From Octopus vulgaris (lineage: Eukaryota), in contig OX597838.1 in the NCBI GenBank assembly GCA_951406725.2, positions 8,432,001 to 8,496,000 on the forward strand: a stretch of 64,000 nucleotides of DNA. Reading direction: 5' to 3'. Numbering within the stretch: position 1 is the first letter of the stretch; each line of letters starts with the position of its first letter. The notes beneath the pieces were generated by a model. That model searched no databases and was not told where the DNA came from. It worked only from the letters and a program-made list of their open reading frames with translations. Of this stretch, positions 1 to 12,458 are shown piece by piece. A program made the translations under genes and the position numbers.

Positions 1-25
1 TGTTTATATATCCATCCATCCATCC

Positions 26-86
<61 letters not shown>

Positions 87-161
87 CCTATCTATCTATC
101 TGTCTCTATCTATCTGTCTCTTTCTTTCTCTCTCTTTCTTTCTCTCTCTCTCTCTCTCTCT

Positions 162-208
<47 letters not shown>

Positions 209-267
209 GCATGCATGTGTATCTATATGTGTGAGTCTGTGAGTACATCCCATATGTACACGCATTT

Positions 268-316
<49 letters not shown>
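1..316. repeat. Compound microsatellite (TCTA)n/(TC)n/(TA)n
   Basis: Seen directly; accounts for ORF 96..386. Confidence 0.95.
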
Positions 317-318
<2 letters not shown>

Positions 319-320
<2 letters not shown>

Positions 321-585
321 AAGGACTGAACACGAAAAGTGGACTGTCAACATGCTAGATATAGACGTCAAATCGCCATTCTCCACAAAAGATTATAATC
401 CTTTGTGAGAACATAATCCTTTGTGGAGAATGGCGATTTGACGTCTATATCTAGCATGTTGACTGTCCACTTTTCGTGTTCAGTCCTTAATTGGTATATA
501 TAAATATTTTAATCTTCGGATTTTTTTAATATGCTAGACCACTGGTTCTAATTGATAAATATCAATTTCTACCCTAAATTAATGT
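319..585. mobile_element. Short insertion in (TA)n beginning with a ~78-bp inverted repeat; probable Penelope-like terminal remnant
   Basis: Arms 319-396 and 413-490 are reverse complements with 2 mismatches; (TA)n on both sides; same architecture as 3702-4495. Confidence 0.55.
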
Positions 586-869
586 TATATATATATATAT
601 ATATATATATATGCATTCAGATATATATACATATATGTGTGTGTGTATGTGTGTGTGCATTCATATATATATACATATATATATAGAGAGAGAATCAAAA
701 TTCCATAAATACTCTCTGTAATTCTGTATTGACTCGAATGGGAAAATGTGTCGCTCAAGAAGGACTTCAGTTTGAACAATCTTCATGACGCTTCATATTT
801 AAATGCTTTTATTAAATTCATTCAGTTTTTAAACGTAAATAAATCTTGGAATTAAATGGTTTTGTCTTA

Positions 870-898
870 CTATCAGGTGACTCTTGGCCAACCCTGTA
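870..898. mobile_element. Tc1/mariner-like terminal inverted repeat remnant
   Basis: Reverse complement reads TACAGGGTTGGCCAAGAGTCACC, a mariner-type terminus abutting (TA)n; no partner end found. Confidence 0.35.
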
Positions 899-1419
899 TA
901 TATATATATATATATATATACCTATACAGAAAGAGAGAGGGGTAATGAAGTCCTTCAAAACCTCAAAACCAACGTAACCCCCCAAAAATACATTTATTTC
1001 CTCATAATATGTTTCTTCCCGATTTATTTCCTAATGCTTTCAAGCCACAGAGTTTAGTTACAGATTTCGCTTGTTTAACTCAAAATTTATTTCCAGTTCG
1101 AAAAAAACTTTTCTCACGCGTTTACAAGTTTTGGCATGAGGTAATTTTTCAATAGAAAATTCTAGAAAACTCTCTTTATTTCTCTGTTATCTGCAGTTTT
1201 CGTGTTCGTTCATTTACTTACAATTTGTAGCTTCTTGTTGACGATTTTTTCCCCACTCTCGTTGTATTCTCATGCTATCGGTTTTATCGTTTTTGTGTAT
1301 CTTTTTCCCCCACCCCTCGTAGATAAGCGCTATTTATCTCCTTTTATATTCCTAAAGGAAATGAAACTAATTCACGTATCTCTATCCAGAACAGATGCTG
1401 CATGTGTATTAGGGATGTA

Positions 1420-1740
1420 TTTTACTCCCTCGAAAAATGTCCCTTCTTTTATGTTTTACGCTATAATATTCTGATCTCTCATTAAATAACTGTTCATTGG
1501 AAGACAAGAAAGAAAGCCTCAAAGAATATGTTTTAACATAGAAATATGAAATGGAAACGGTTCGAAGATTTATGAGTGTCGTGTAACTCTTCATTAGCTC
1601 TTTTGTACGAACCATGATTTGAGTTTCGGGCATCTTCCCCAAACTGATATTCCCTGTCTGAGAGGCTATTGGAATGGTAGGATTATCATCGGACTTCCCT
1701 GGAGATATATTTCCAGTTTAAGGTAATACCGTTTATAATT
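1420..1740 (-). pseudogene. Possible highly degenerate Penelope-like GIY-YIG C-terminal remnant
   Basis: Minus-strand peptides NGITLNWKYI and LFNERSEYYSVKHKRRDIF loosely resemble the PLE C-terminal W-K-I ... LNKRSEL..KCRH pattern; many disablements. Confidence 0.25.
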
Positions 1741-1765
1741 TATCCAGGTTCATTTGCCTTGTACA

Positions 1766-2212
1766 CGCTGCCGTCTTATGAGATGGCCACACTGGACAGC
1801 AGTCCTGGGGTCTTGAGAGTCTAGGGCTCTAATACTAATTTGTCTAGATCTTGCAGTCAATGAATAAATATTATAGGGCACAGTGCAGTGATTTAGTTGG
1901 GAGCCTCATGGGTTTAGGGGCCGAACTCAGATCTATGCATACTGTCTTGATGTCAACGAAGAATTTCTATGGGGCCCAGTGAATTGATTTGCCTGCGGAT
2001 CTCAAGGGTTTAGGGACGCAATTGTATGTTGTGGCTTGCTGTTAGCAATTGTATGTTGTGGCTTGCTGTTAGCAATTAAATATTGTATTTGCCCTGAGGT
2101 CTCATAAGTTTAGGGACCCAATTCTGATATGTGTATGTCGTGGTTTGCTGTCAATAAATGGGATCAGTGCCTTAATTTGCTCAGGGTCATCTGATGCTGC
2201 TGAGACCTTTCT
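1766..2212 (+). mobile_element. Old hAT-like MITE with internal ~100-bp diverged tandem subrepeats
   Basis: Both ends align with the reverse complement of 39340-39697; internal GGGNCCCAGTG...TTTAGGGGCC units; exact 27-bp tandem duplication near 2018-2071. Confidence 0.5.
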
Positions 2213-2327
2213 TCGTCTTGGAGAACAAATACAGCAATTATTTTTTTACACTGATTTTCGTTGTTTATCTCAGATCCTGATCTTCTTAGGGACGACCAAA
2301 TATTGCACTGGTATATTTTACTCGGGT

Positions 2328-2650
2328 GAAGGCGCATGGCTTAGTGATTAGGGGTATTCAGCTTACGATCGCAAGGTCTTGATTTCAATTCCCGGCGACG
2401 CGTTGTATCCTTGGGCAAGACGCTTTTTTTTTCCACGTTGCTTCAGTTCCCTCAGCTGAAAAAAAAATTAGTAGTACCCGTATTTCAAAGGGCCATCTTT
2501 GTTACATTCTGTGTCTCTCTGAGAACTACATTAAGGGTACACGTGTCTGTGGAATGCCCAGTCACTTCCGCGTTAATATTTTCACGAGCAGGCTGTTCCG
2601 TTGATCGGATCAACTGGAACCCTCGTCGTCGTAACCGACGGAGTACCAGT
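2328..2650 (+). mobile_element. tRNA-derived SINE, family C (GAAGGCGCATGGCTTAGTG...), full length
   Basis: A-box- and B-box-like head; homologous to 18481-18763; 13-bp target-site duplication TATTTTACTCGGG at 2314-2326 and 2652-2664. Confidence 0.9.
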
Positions 2651-2887
2651 TTATTTTACTCGGGCTCGGATCTCTAGATTACTATCGACGCCCCGTGATC
2701 GATAAACACCCGAGCATTCTACATGGTCCAACATCTGCCCATATACACGAATGACCGATCAAAAGCCCCTCCTTGTTCTTTGCTCGGTGATGCATGACAT
2801 TTGCTTTTGCTCATGTGGAGAGTTCCGCTACCAATTGTAATCATGGGAATTTTTTGGTCTGTTAAAGAGTCTGCCAGTGTGAAATAA

Positions 2888-2932
2888 TTAACCATTTAGC
2901 ATCTGTTCGTTATGAACAGATGCTAAATAATA
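2888..2932. repeat. 15-bp perfect hairpin, possibly a collapsed TTAA-type (piggyBac-like) MITE
   Basis: ATTTAGCATCTGTTC-gttat-GAACAGATGCTAAAT, preceded by TTAACC. Confidence 0.5.
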
Positions 2933-3090
2933 AATTACAACACAAACATACACACACACACACACACACATACACGTGACCACACGCTCAAAGACACACA
3001 GACATAGACAGAGGGGTGGGTCAGTCATCAAGTTATTTATTAAATTGCTTTTACATATAACTTCACATAAAAAAAAACATTAGACGCATT

Positions 3091-3145
<55 letters not shown>

Positions 3146-3148
<3 letters not shown>

Positions 3149-3358
3149 AATAAGAAAAAAGAATTACTCCGGTAATTTGGTACGATCGTTTCGTACTACA
3201 TCATTTTATTAAATGTTTTAAGTATTACAACAGATTTAAGATGCTGAGTACTCAGCATTCTTGTTGCTTATTTTGATTATAATCACCCCACAGATTTTTA
3301 TGGATAACACCATACAAAATTCTGGTGCATCTAAATTAAGTACCATATTCATTTGAAT
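3146..3358 (-). mobile_element. Short (TA)n-embedded element with a degenerate hammerhead-like motif
   Basis: Minus strand reads aTGCTGA-GTAC...GTAC-GAAA-CGATCG-TA (3181-3258); (TA)n on both sides. Confidence 0.45.
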
Positions 3359-3404
3359 CTATATATATATATATATATATATATATGTCTTTTATACCAT
3401 GTAT

Positions 3405-3600
3405 ACTGGCTGCGGTCATTTTGACTGAGGCCATGCTGGGGCACCACATTGAAGACGTTTTAGGCGAGAATAAATCGACTCTAATGATTATATATTTTTG
3501 CAAGACTAGTACTTATTCTATCGGTTTCCTTTGCCGGACTGCTAATTTACAAGACACAAGTACATCAACACTGGTTGCCAAGCGGTGTTTGGGGGACACA
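3405..3600 (-). mobile_element. SINE family A, diverged 3' half
   Basis: Contains GGCCATGCTGGGGCACC and AGTACTTATTCTATCGG, shared with the other family A copies. Confidence 0.75.
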
Positions 3601-3608
3601 CCCTGACT

Positions 3609-3700
<92 letters not shown>

Positions 3701-3701
3701 G

Positions 3702-4495
3702 ATACTACAAAATTAGAGAATGGAGAAACATACTTAAATCAGTAAAACATCAACTATCCGATGATACTCAATCCATACTTTAATACACCATTACATATGA
3801 GTAAAGGCAATATATAAAATGAAATGAGATATACAGTAATAGTAAAAGTAAAAAGATAAAGAGATATAAGTAAAAAATTTCAAATATAATATGCAAATAA
3901 ATCAAAACTGACAGCTGTTTCGGCAGTGAGGACAGTCATACCTCATTTAACCTATAAGCCATAAAGGCAGGTATAAATGAGGCATTAACAAGGATGCCCC
4001 ACGGCCTCTTCAGAGAATTAAATTAAATTTGTTATAATAGTGAAAAATATTATATAATCATATACATATAAATATAAAAATATAAAAATGTAAAATATAA
4101 AAACTTATACATCATAATGCTACACTTATATAATATAATACACATTTGTACAAAAAGGAAGGTAAACAGAACAAAATAAAACAAAATATATAACAGTGTA
4201 TATATTAATATTAATAAGTACCGATATTATACATATGGATTTAAAGTATGGATTGAGTATCATCGGATAGTTGATGTTTTACTGATTTAAGTATGTTTCT
4301 CCATTCTCTAATTTTGTAGTATTAATTTACGGTAATATTATTACCTTTACCCATTTAATACAATAGATGAACTGATTGCTTGACAATTTTTAACATCTAT
4401 GTATTAATTTTGTTGGGTACCTATCTAGCAGTATATTGGATATATATTATCCCATGGTGGGTTGAATTTTCAACCCCTATCTCATTTTATAACCT
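3702..4495. mobile_element. Penelope-like terminal-repeat remnant with 5' inversion and an 82-bp inverted duplication
   Basis: 3702-3783 is the reverse complement of 4241-4322; hammerhead core between the arms; (TA)n flanks. Confidence 0.7.
3908..4016 (-). ncRNA. Type I hammerhead ribozyme motif with extended stem II
   Basis: Minus strand CTGAAGA-GGC...(internal CCTCATTTA/TAAATGAGG stem)...GCC-GAAA-CAGCTG-TC; canonical core, palindromic stem III; stem I is weak (2 bp). Confidence 0.7.
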
Positions 4496-4526
4496 ATATA
4501 TATATAGACATATATATATATATATA

Positions 4527-4825
4527 CGAGGGTGAGTCAAAAAGTAATGCCATTTTGTTTAGGACAGGTATAATTACCAACACAGGAACATGTATCATAC
4601 ATCAAAAGGAAGCTGGTCCTCTGTGGATCACATCCCTACTTCTCGACATAGTCGCCGTTTCTCTCAATAGCAATGTTCCACCTTTGAATGGGAGCATGTA
4701 TCCCTGCCCTGTAAAATTCTGTTGGCTATTCTTTGAGCCACTTCTTCACTACAGTTTTCATTTCCTCTTCACTGGACTATCATCGCTTCGGCCCCATCAA
4801 AGAGGTTTTGAGAGGCAAACATAAT
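4527..4825 (-). pseudogene. Mariner (DD34D-type) transposase C-terminus and right TIR, with an inverted internal piece
   Basis: TA+CGAGGGTGAGTCAAAAAGT terminus; minus strand gives SSEEEMKTVVKKWLKE*PTEFYRAGIHAPIQRWNIAIERNGDYVEK*; 4775-4825 on the plus strand gives DYHRFGPIKEVLRGKHN. Confidence 0.85.
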
Positions 4826-5006
4826 TACTATGCATCAAATGATTATATTAAAGAGTACGGATAAACCTCACCAACATGCTAGAAATAGACGCTAAATGGC
4901 TCTAAAACCACATCTATGCTCTATTAGCACAGTTTGTAAGCGGCAGATGAATAAATGAATAAGAATTTTTGAAAATAAGATTTAATTGTATATATATATG
5001 TGTGTG

Positions 5007-5064
<58 letters not shown>

Positions 5065-5614
5065 TATATGTGCGTGCGTGTATGTATGTGTATATAAAGA
5101 TATGTAGAGACATATATGTATACTCGATTCCTATACACAAACACATACGTATAAATATATGTTCATGCATACGTACATACATGCACACACATATAATATG
5201 CATATACATATATATAGACAGAGAGAGATGCGTATGGACGTGCGTGTATGTATACAAACATACACACAAACATAGATGCATACATATACATACATTTATA
5301 CATACATGCACGGACATACACATCTATATATAATTATGTATAAATATACATATACATATATATATATATATTATAATTACATATGAATATATATATATGT
5401 ATATATACACATACATATGTATGTATATATGTATGTATGTATGTATACAGTCTCTCGTATAATTATACATTGTTAGGTGCACATAAAACGGAAACCCCCT
5501 CCCGTTACCGAATTCTAATATCTGACTCTACTGACTAATTCTGTCGGAGCCCCACGGTGGTAATTAGCCACTTAAAAGAAGACGAGTTACCCCTCTTCCC
5601 TTCCCTTCTTTATC

Positions 5615-5681
5615 TCGGCACCACCACCACCACCCCCACCACCACACCACAACAACAACCGCTGCCGCCATCATACACTTT

Positions 5682-5743
<62 letters not shown>

Positions 5744-6075
5744 CATCAACATTATTATCAACAACATCATCACCATCATCATCACAATCATCATCATCAT
5801 CATCATCACCACCACCACTACCACCACCATCATCATCACCATCTCCATGACTGCCATCCTCATCATCATCATCATCATCATCATCAATATTACTATAATT
5901 ATTATGATTGTTGTTGCTGTTGTTTTTCCTCGATAAGACATCAACCACCACCCCCTCCCTCCCTTCTCCTCCATGTAATTAACTACAACACACACCACCT
6001 ACCACCACATCACTAACACCCAAACACTAACACAGTAGCAACCAAAAACATCAACTATTACACCTGCTACCACAG

Positions 6076-6153
<78 letters not shown>

Positions 6154-6476
6154 TTGCTACTACTACAACTACTGCTACTACTACTACTACTACCATTGGT
6201 GCTACTATCGCAACAGTTATCATTATAGTTGTCACTGTTACTAATATCACCACAAATACTACTACTACTACTGCCACCGCTAAATTGTACAGCATCCACA
6301 GCTTCCATCGCTATTCTGAGAGGCAAAGGATCGCTTAAGCATTGCCATAAACATGCAGAGGATGACAGCCACTGAATCCACCAACGCTCTTATCAAGGCA
6401 GTAATCTCCACAACCACCGTCTACGGTTATAATTATCACCATCACCATCATTATCAACATCATCAACATCATCATC

Positions 6477-6507
<31 letters not shown>

Positions 6508-7442
6508 CCACCATCATCATCATGATCATCATCACCACTATCATCATCATCATCATCGTCGTCATCGTCATCGTCATCATCACCACCACCACCACCACTA
6601 TCGTCATCATCATCATCACCACCACCATCATCACCATCACCATCATCATCATCATCACCACCACCACCACCATCATCATCATCACCACCATCATCATCAT
6701 CATCATCCTCATCACCGCTACCATCATCATCATCATCATCATCATCACAAACACCACCATTACTATCACCACTACCACAACCACCGCATGCATCACAAAC
6801 ATCACCACGAAAATACCACTGCCTGTACCAACTTCCTCATCATCACCACCGCAAACACCGTCGCCGCCACCACCGCCACCACCACCAACGCCACCAACAC
6901 CACCACTGCCGCTGCCACCAACGACGACGACGACGATAACAAAACATTCGCCACCGCCACCACGCCACCACCACAACCACCACCACCACCACCACGCCAC
7001 CGTCTCCTGCAATCAACAACGGCTCCGCACCACCGCCATGACTGTATCGTTGCTGTAATTATTACACAGCAGACACCACCAAGTGCACCGCAAAACACAA
7101 CCACAAACTCACTTCCGCCCCAGGCCGCCATCTTTCTATGAAGGACTCCAGAGAGAAACCGCAAAGATGTCTATCTTTCGCGGAAAAAGAGTTTTTCGGG
7201 CCCCAGCGGCGTCTCCAACGCACAGAAGACAATTAACAACAACAACAACCACAACAACAACAACCACAACAACGAGAAAAATAAAAGAAGGAGGGGAAAA
7301 AAAGAAACAAAAGGAAAGAAAAAAGACAACAAAACAAAAAAAAACCTTATCTCATTATGGGATGGTAATTTCTCAGTCGTTATGTAGGGGGGTAGTGGGA
7401 GGAGGCGGCGTAAGAGGAACAACGGCAGCAGCAGCAGCAGTT

Positions 7443-7480
<38 letters not shown>

Positions 7481-7514
7481 TGTTGTTGTTGTTGTTGTTG
7501 TAGTTGCAGTAGTT

Positions 7515-7560
<46 letters not shown>

Positions 7561-7646
7561 CAGCAGCAGCAGCAGCAACAGCAACAGCAATAGTAGTATT
7601 AGTAGTAGTAGTGGGGTTGGTGGTAGTGGTGGTGGTGGTGGTGGTT

Positions 7647-7678
<32 letters not shown>

Positions 7679-7760
7679 TGTAGTAGTAGTAGTAGTAGAA
7701 GTAGTAGCAACAATAGCCACAAAACACCGAGAACCACAGCAAGAAATACCATTCACAGCA
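5615..7760. repeat. Compound trinucleotide microsatellite field (ACC/ATC/ATT/ACT, then AGT/GTT/GGT)
   Basis: Seen directly; source of the poly-H/I/V/T ORFs. Confidence 0.9.
7105..7190. promoter_or_regulatory. Candidate CpG-rich promoter-like motif cluster (ETS, YY1, E2F-like)
   Basis: ACTTCCGCCC 7111-7120, GGCCGCCATCTTT 7123-7135, TTTCGCGGAAA 7176-7186; motif matches only. Confidence 0.3.
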
Positions 7761-8018
7761 GCAGCAACAACAAAATTAGCAACATTACTAATTACTTTCT
7801 ACGTTAACACACACAACAACAACAACAACAGAGAAACTCTCTGAACAAGGGAATCTCTGCGTCGGTGACTGACCCCCATGCGGCCCGCGGGACTTTCTGA
7901 ATGAAACACAACAACGAAAAGTTACCAGGGATTCGTAAGTTCTGTGCTCACCTGTTAATGAGCAATATCACATTTCGCTTCTTGCAATTTTATACAATAG
8001 AAAGAGTGTATATTTATA

Positions 8019-8168
8019 GGCGTAGGAGTGGCTGTGTGGTAAGTATTTTGCTTACCAACCACATGGTTCCGTGTTCATTCCCACTGTGTGGCAACTTGGG
8101 CAAGTGTCTTTTACTGTAGCCTCGGGCCGACCAAAACCTTGTGAGTGGATTTGGTAAACGGAAACTGC
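8019..8168 (+). mobile_element. SINE family A, 5' part (tRNA head)
   Basis: GGCGTAGGAGTGGCTGTGTGGTAAG...GTGAGTGGATTTGGTAAACGGAAACTG; truncated at the adjacent MITE. Confidence 0.85.
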
Positions 8169-8172
8169 CTTA

Positions 8173-8951
8173 CAGTAATCCCTCGATTATCGCGGGTGTT
8201 ACATTCCAACTCCGCAATAAGTAAAAATCCGCGAAATAGAAACAGTACTGTACTGTAATTTTTTTATTTTTATAATCTTGTGTGGTAAGTAGCTTGTTTA
8301 CCAACCACATGGTTCTGGGTTCAGTCCCATTGCGTGGCATCTTGGGCAAGTGTCTTCTGCTATAGCCTCGGGCCGACCAAAGCCTTGTGAGTGGATTTGG
8401 TAGACGGAAACTGAAAGAAGCCCGTCGTATATATATATATGTATGTGTGTGTGTGTTTGTGTGTCTGTGTTTGTCCCCCTAGCATTGCTTGACAACCGAT
8501 GCTGGTGTGTTTACGTCCCCGTAACATAGCGGTTCGGCAAAAAGAGACCGAGAAAATAAGTACTAGGCTTACAAAGAATAAGTCCTGGGGTCGATTTGAT
8601 CGACTAAAGGCGGTGCTCCAGCATGGCCACAGTCACATGACTGAAACAAGTAACAGAGTAAAAGAGTATATTTATTTTATTATTTTTATATATCTAAGCT
8701 TTTACAAATTCTCCCCACACTTGTAGGCGTTTCGCTATCTATACAGTGCAGTGCCGTACTTTATCTTCATTAATTTATTGACTTTTAGACGTGAAAATGC
8801 TTACTTTACCACAGAAATAATTAAATTCTAAGAAAATATAAATACCTATCGACCGCAGAAATCCGCGATATAAATTTACATATATTTGCCAGAAAAATGC
8901 GCCATGTACTGAGAGCGCGATAAGTGAACCGCATATGACGAGTGATTACTG
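8173..8951. mobile_element. Tigger/pogo-like MITE interrupted by a SINE
   Basis: TA-CAGTAATCCCTCGATTATCGCGG ... CCGCATATGACGAGTGATTACTG-TA imperfect TIRs with TA duplication; subterminal CCGCGA repeats. Confidence 0.8.
8279..8667 (+). mobile_element. SINE family A, near full length, with internal (TA)n(TG)n linker
   Basis: Highly similar to 48883-49339 and to the reverse complement of 19006-19420; ends in AAGAGTA repeats. Confidence 0.92.
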
Positions 8952-9349
8952 TATAATATATATATATACATACATAGTGCACAAATGAATATTATAATAG
9001 TATGAGATGTGTGTGTGTGTGTGTGTATGTACGTTTATGTGTGTTTGTGTGTGTGTACATATGGAAATATGTTTGCGCATGCGTGTGTCTGATATCAAGT
9101 TTGCAATTGAAACTTGCAACATAAATATAGAAACGAAATTATTCTCTTCCTCGATGGACTCCAGAGGACACTTCCGGAGATTCAACGACGCGCATGCGTG
9201 TTGGTGCCTCCTTGTTACTTAATTCGTCCATTTTGACATCATTAGCTTTTTATTCTTACCAGGAGATGAAAGAACTGCAGGAAACAATGGACAACAGCAA
9301 CAACAACGAGAACAACACAATGATATTGTTAGCGGGAAAACGAGTGCCA

Positions 9350-10076
9350 ACACCACCACCACCACCATTATCTCATCACCATCCCCATCACCACCACAAC
9401 CGTAAATACTACCACCACCACCACTACAATCATCACCACCGCCACTACCACCACAACAGCAGCTATCACTACCACCGCCACCATCATTCTCACCACCACC
9501 ACTACCATAACCATCACCACCGCCACTACCACCACAACAGCAGCTATCCCTACCACCGACACCTTCATTCTCACCACCACCACTACCATAACCATCACCA
9601 CCGCCACTACCACCACTACCATAACCATCACCAACGCCACTAGCACCACCACCGCTACAGTCATCACTAACGCCACTACCACCACAACAGCAGCTAACAC
9701 TACCATCGCCACAATAATCATTACCATTCTCACCACCACCACTACCACCACCACCACTACCACCACTACCACCACCACAAGCATTATCACTATCAAACCC
9801 CATCTCCACCACCAGTGTTAACATCACCAACACAACTGCCACCACCACCAGCACCACCACCAGCACCACCATCATCTATATCCCCACTACTACTAGCACC
9901 AACAACACCACTACAACCCACACTACTACTACGACTACAACATTTACAACCACCGCCATTAATATTGCAACCATCATGATCACCTCCACCACTACTACTA
10001 CTACAACCAGTACTGTTATTGCTATCACTACTACTTCTACAGCTAGTGGTACTACTACCAACACTACAACTACTAA

Positions 10077-10172
<96 letters not shown>

Positions 10173-10192
10173 TGATAATAATGATAATAATG

Positions 10193-10262
<70 letters not shown>

Positions 10263-10282
10263 TGATAATAATGATAATAATG

Positions 10283-10317
<35 letters not shown>

Positions 10318-10345
10318 CATAATAATGATAATGATGATAATAATG

Positions 10346-10388
<43 letters not shown>

Positions 10389-10408
10389 TGATAATAATGA
10401 TAATAATG

Positions 10409-10463
<55 letters not shown>

Positions 10464-10483
10464 TGATAATAATGATAATAATG

Positions 10484-10552
<69 letters not shown>

Positions 10553-10553
10553 G
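9350..10553. repeat. (CAC)-rich degenerate repeat with an 81-bp higher-order unit, followed by a ~480-bp (AAT)n
   Basis: The unit at 9428 recurs at 9509; the AACAATGATAATAATGAT interruption recurs four times in the (AAT)n. Confidence 0.9.
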
Positions 10554-11775
10554 CAAATAATATATATACAACTTGAAAACAGTAAAAAAAAACGACTAAA
10601 ATTTCAAAACAGAAACAAAAACAACAAGTATAAACAAAAGGTAACTACAACAACAACAGCAACAACAACAACAACAACAAGAAAATTAGCAGTGAGGAGC
10701 AAAATTGATGAAGGGGTGTGTGCGTGAAATATGCAGCACACTGCGTTTTGTTTCAATGCAATTGTCAGTTGATAGTCTTTCATTATGTATAAAGTTGTTC
10801 GGATTTCATTGGAAGTCAGCGTCCCAGCGGAGAGACACAGTTTCACGGAGTTGTTACGTTCAATACTTTGATTAAACGAATAAACGTGGAAATTTCGTGT
10901 CCCCACGGAAATTCTAATAAAATCCAAGACCACCTCGCTTAGCACTATCGCAGCGTCGTTCGTTCATTCTGTCTCTCATATCGACTCACTCTGCTTTTTA
11001 AACACACATATATACAAAAGACACACACACACACACACACATAAGAGTACATATGCACACGTGTGTATACATGCATACACATATACACACATATACATAC
11101 AAAAACGTACGCTAATATGAAATGTATAAATATACACATACACACATATATAGACACATACACACAGATACATATATACATACATATATGCAAATATATG
11201 CATATATATATATATATACATATAAACACGGGCACATACACATATATATACACAGATACATATAAACACACACATATATACACAACTGGATGCATATTAA
11301 CAATTGCACATAGTTACCCATACATACACATACACGTTAGCATACAAACATTATATATATATACATATATATATACTCAGCATAACACCATTCTCCTTAC
11401 ATACACACATATGTACATACATAAATATATGCGTGAGTATTTGTGTGTGTGTGTATACATACATATATAGATAGATATAGATGTATATAATATATATGTG
11501 ATATATATACATACATGCATACATATATATATATATATATAATATATATATACATACATGCATATACATACATACGTATATATATATATATACATATATA
11601 TATATACACCCTTTCATTCGTACATGCATGCAGATATGCATTTTTATAAGCATATACCTACATATACATTTACGTGCGCATACGCATCTATAAATCCATT
11701 TGCGTACGTACATGTGTATGTGCATACATACATACATTTATGTGTGTGCCCGTGCGTGCTTGTAGATATATATTT

Positions 11776-11843
<68 letters not shown>

Positions 11844-11981
11844 GCAAGCTTGTACATACGCATACATTTTTCCAGTTATTTTACGCTATTTTGCAGCTTA
11901 TTAAGACTTTTTTTGTCTTTCCCTGTTCCATTATGTCATGCTCTTTCAACTCTCGTTCGATTTCCGCTTTCTCTCGCCGAT

Positions 11982-12030
<49 letters not shown>

Positions 12031-12130
12031 TTCTCTCCCCTGCACGTAATCTTCCTCGACCTCCTTTTCTCTCACCCCTGTTCTCTCTTCCTTTCCTTAT
12101 ATATTCTCTCTGTAGGTTTTATTTTAAATA

Positions 12131-12161
<31 letters not shown>

Positions 12162-12190
12162 CTCTCCTTCTCCCCTTTCTCTCTCACCCG

Positions 12191-12238
<48 letters not shown>

Positions 12239-12458
12239 TATTTCACAGGTTTCAACTCTGACGAGCAATTTCTCTTAATGCATTTCACCTGCATTTGGGT
12301 ATAAAATATAAAATATGTTTTCATCGCGCGAATTCAGATTGCAATTATTTGTCTCACTACTTACATTCCACCTTTGGAATATAAGTAGCGAATAATAATG
12401 AAAATAATAACAACAACAACAACAACAACAACAATAATAATAATGATAATAATGATAT

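Noticed and set aside
2328-2400. tRNA genes at SINE heads (also 8019, 18481, 33958, 48883)
   Set aside because: A/B boxes are present, but each continues into a SINE body and lacks a full cloverleaf.
6353-7141. 262-aa His-rich ORF as a cephalopod histidine-rich structural protein
   Set aside because: It is a (CAT/CAC)n translation open in several frames on both strands, with no signal peptide or Gly/His domain pattern.
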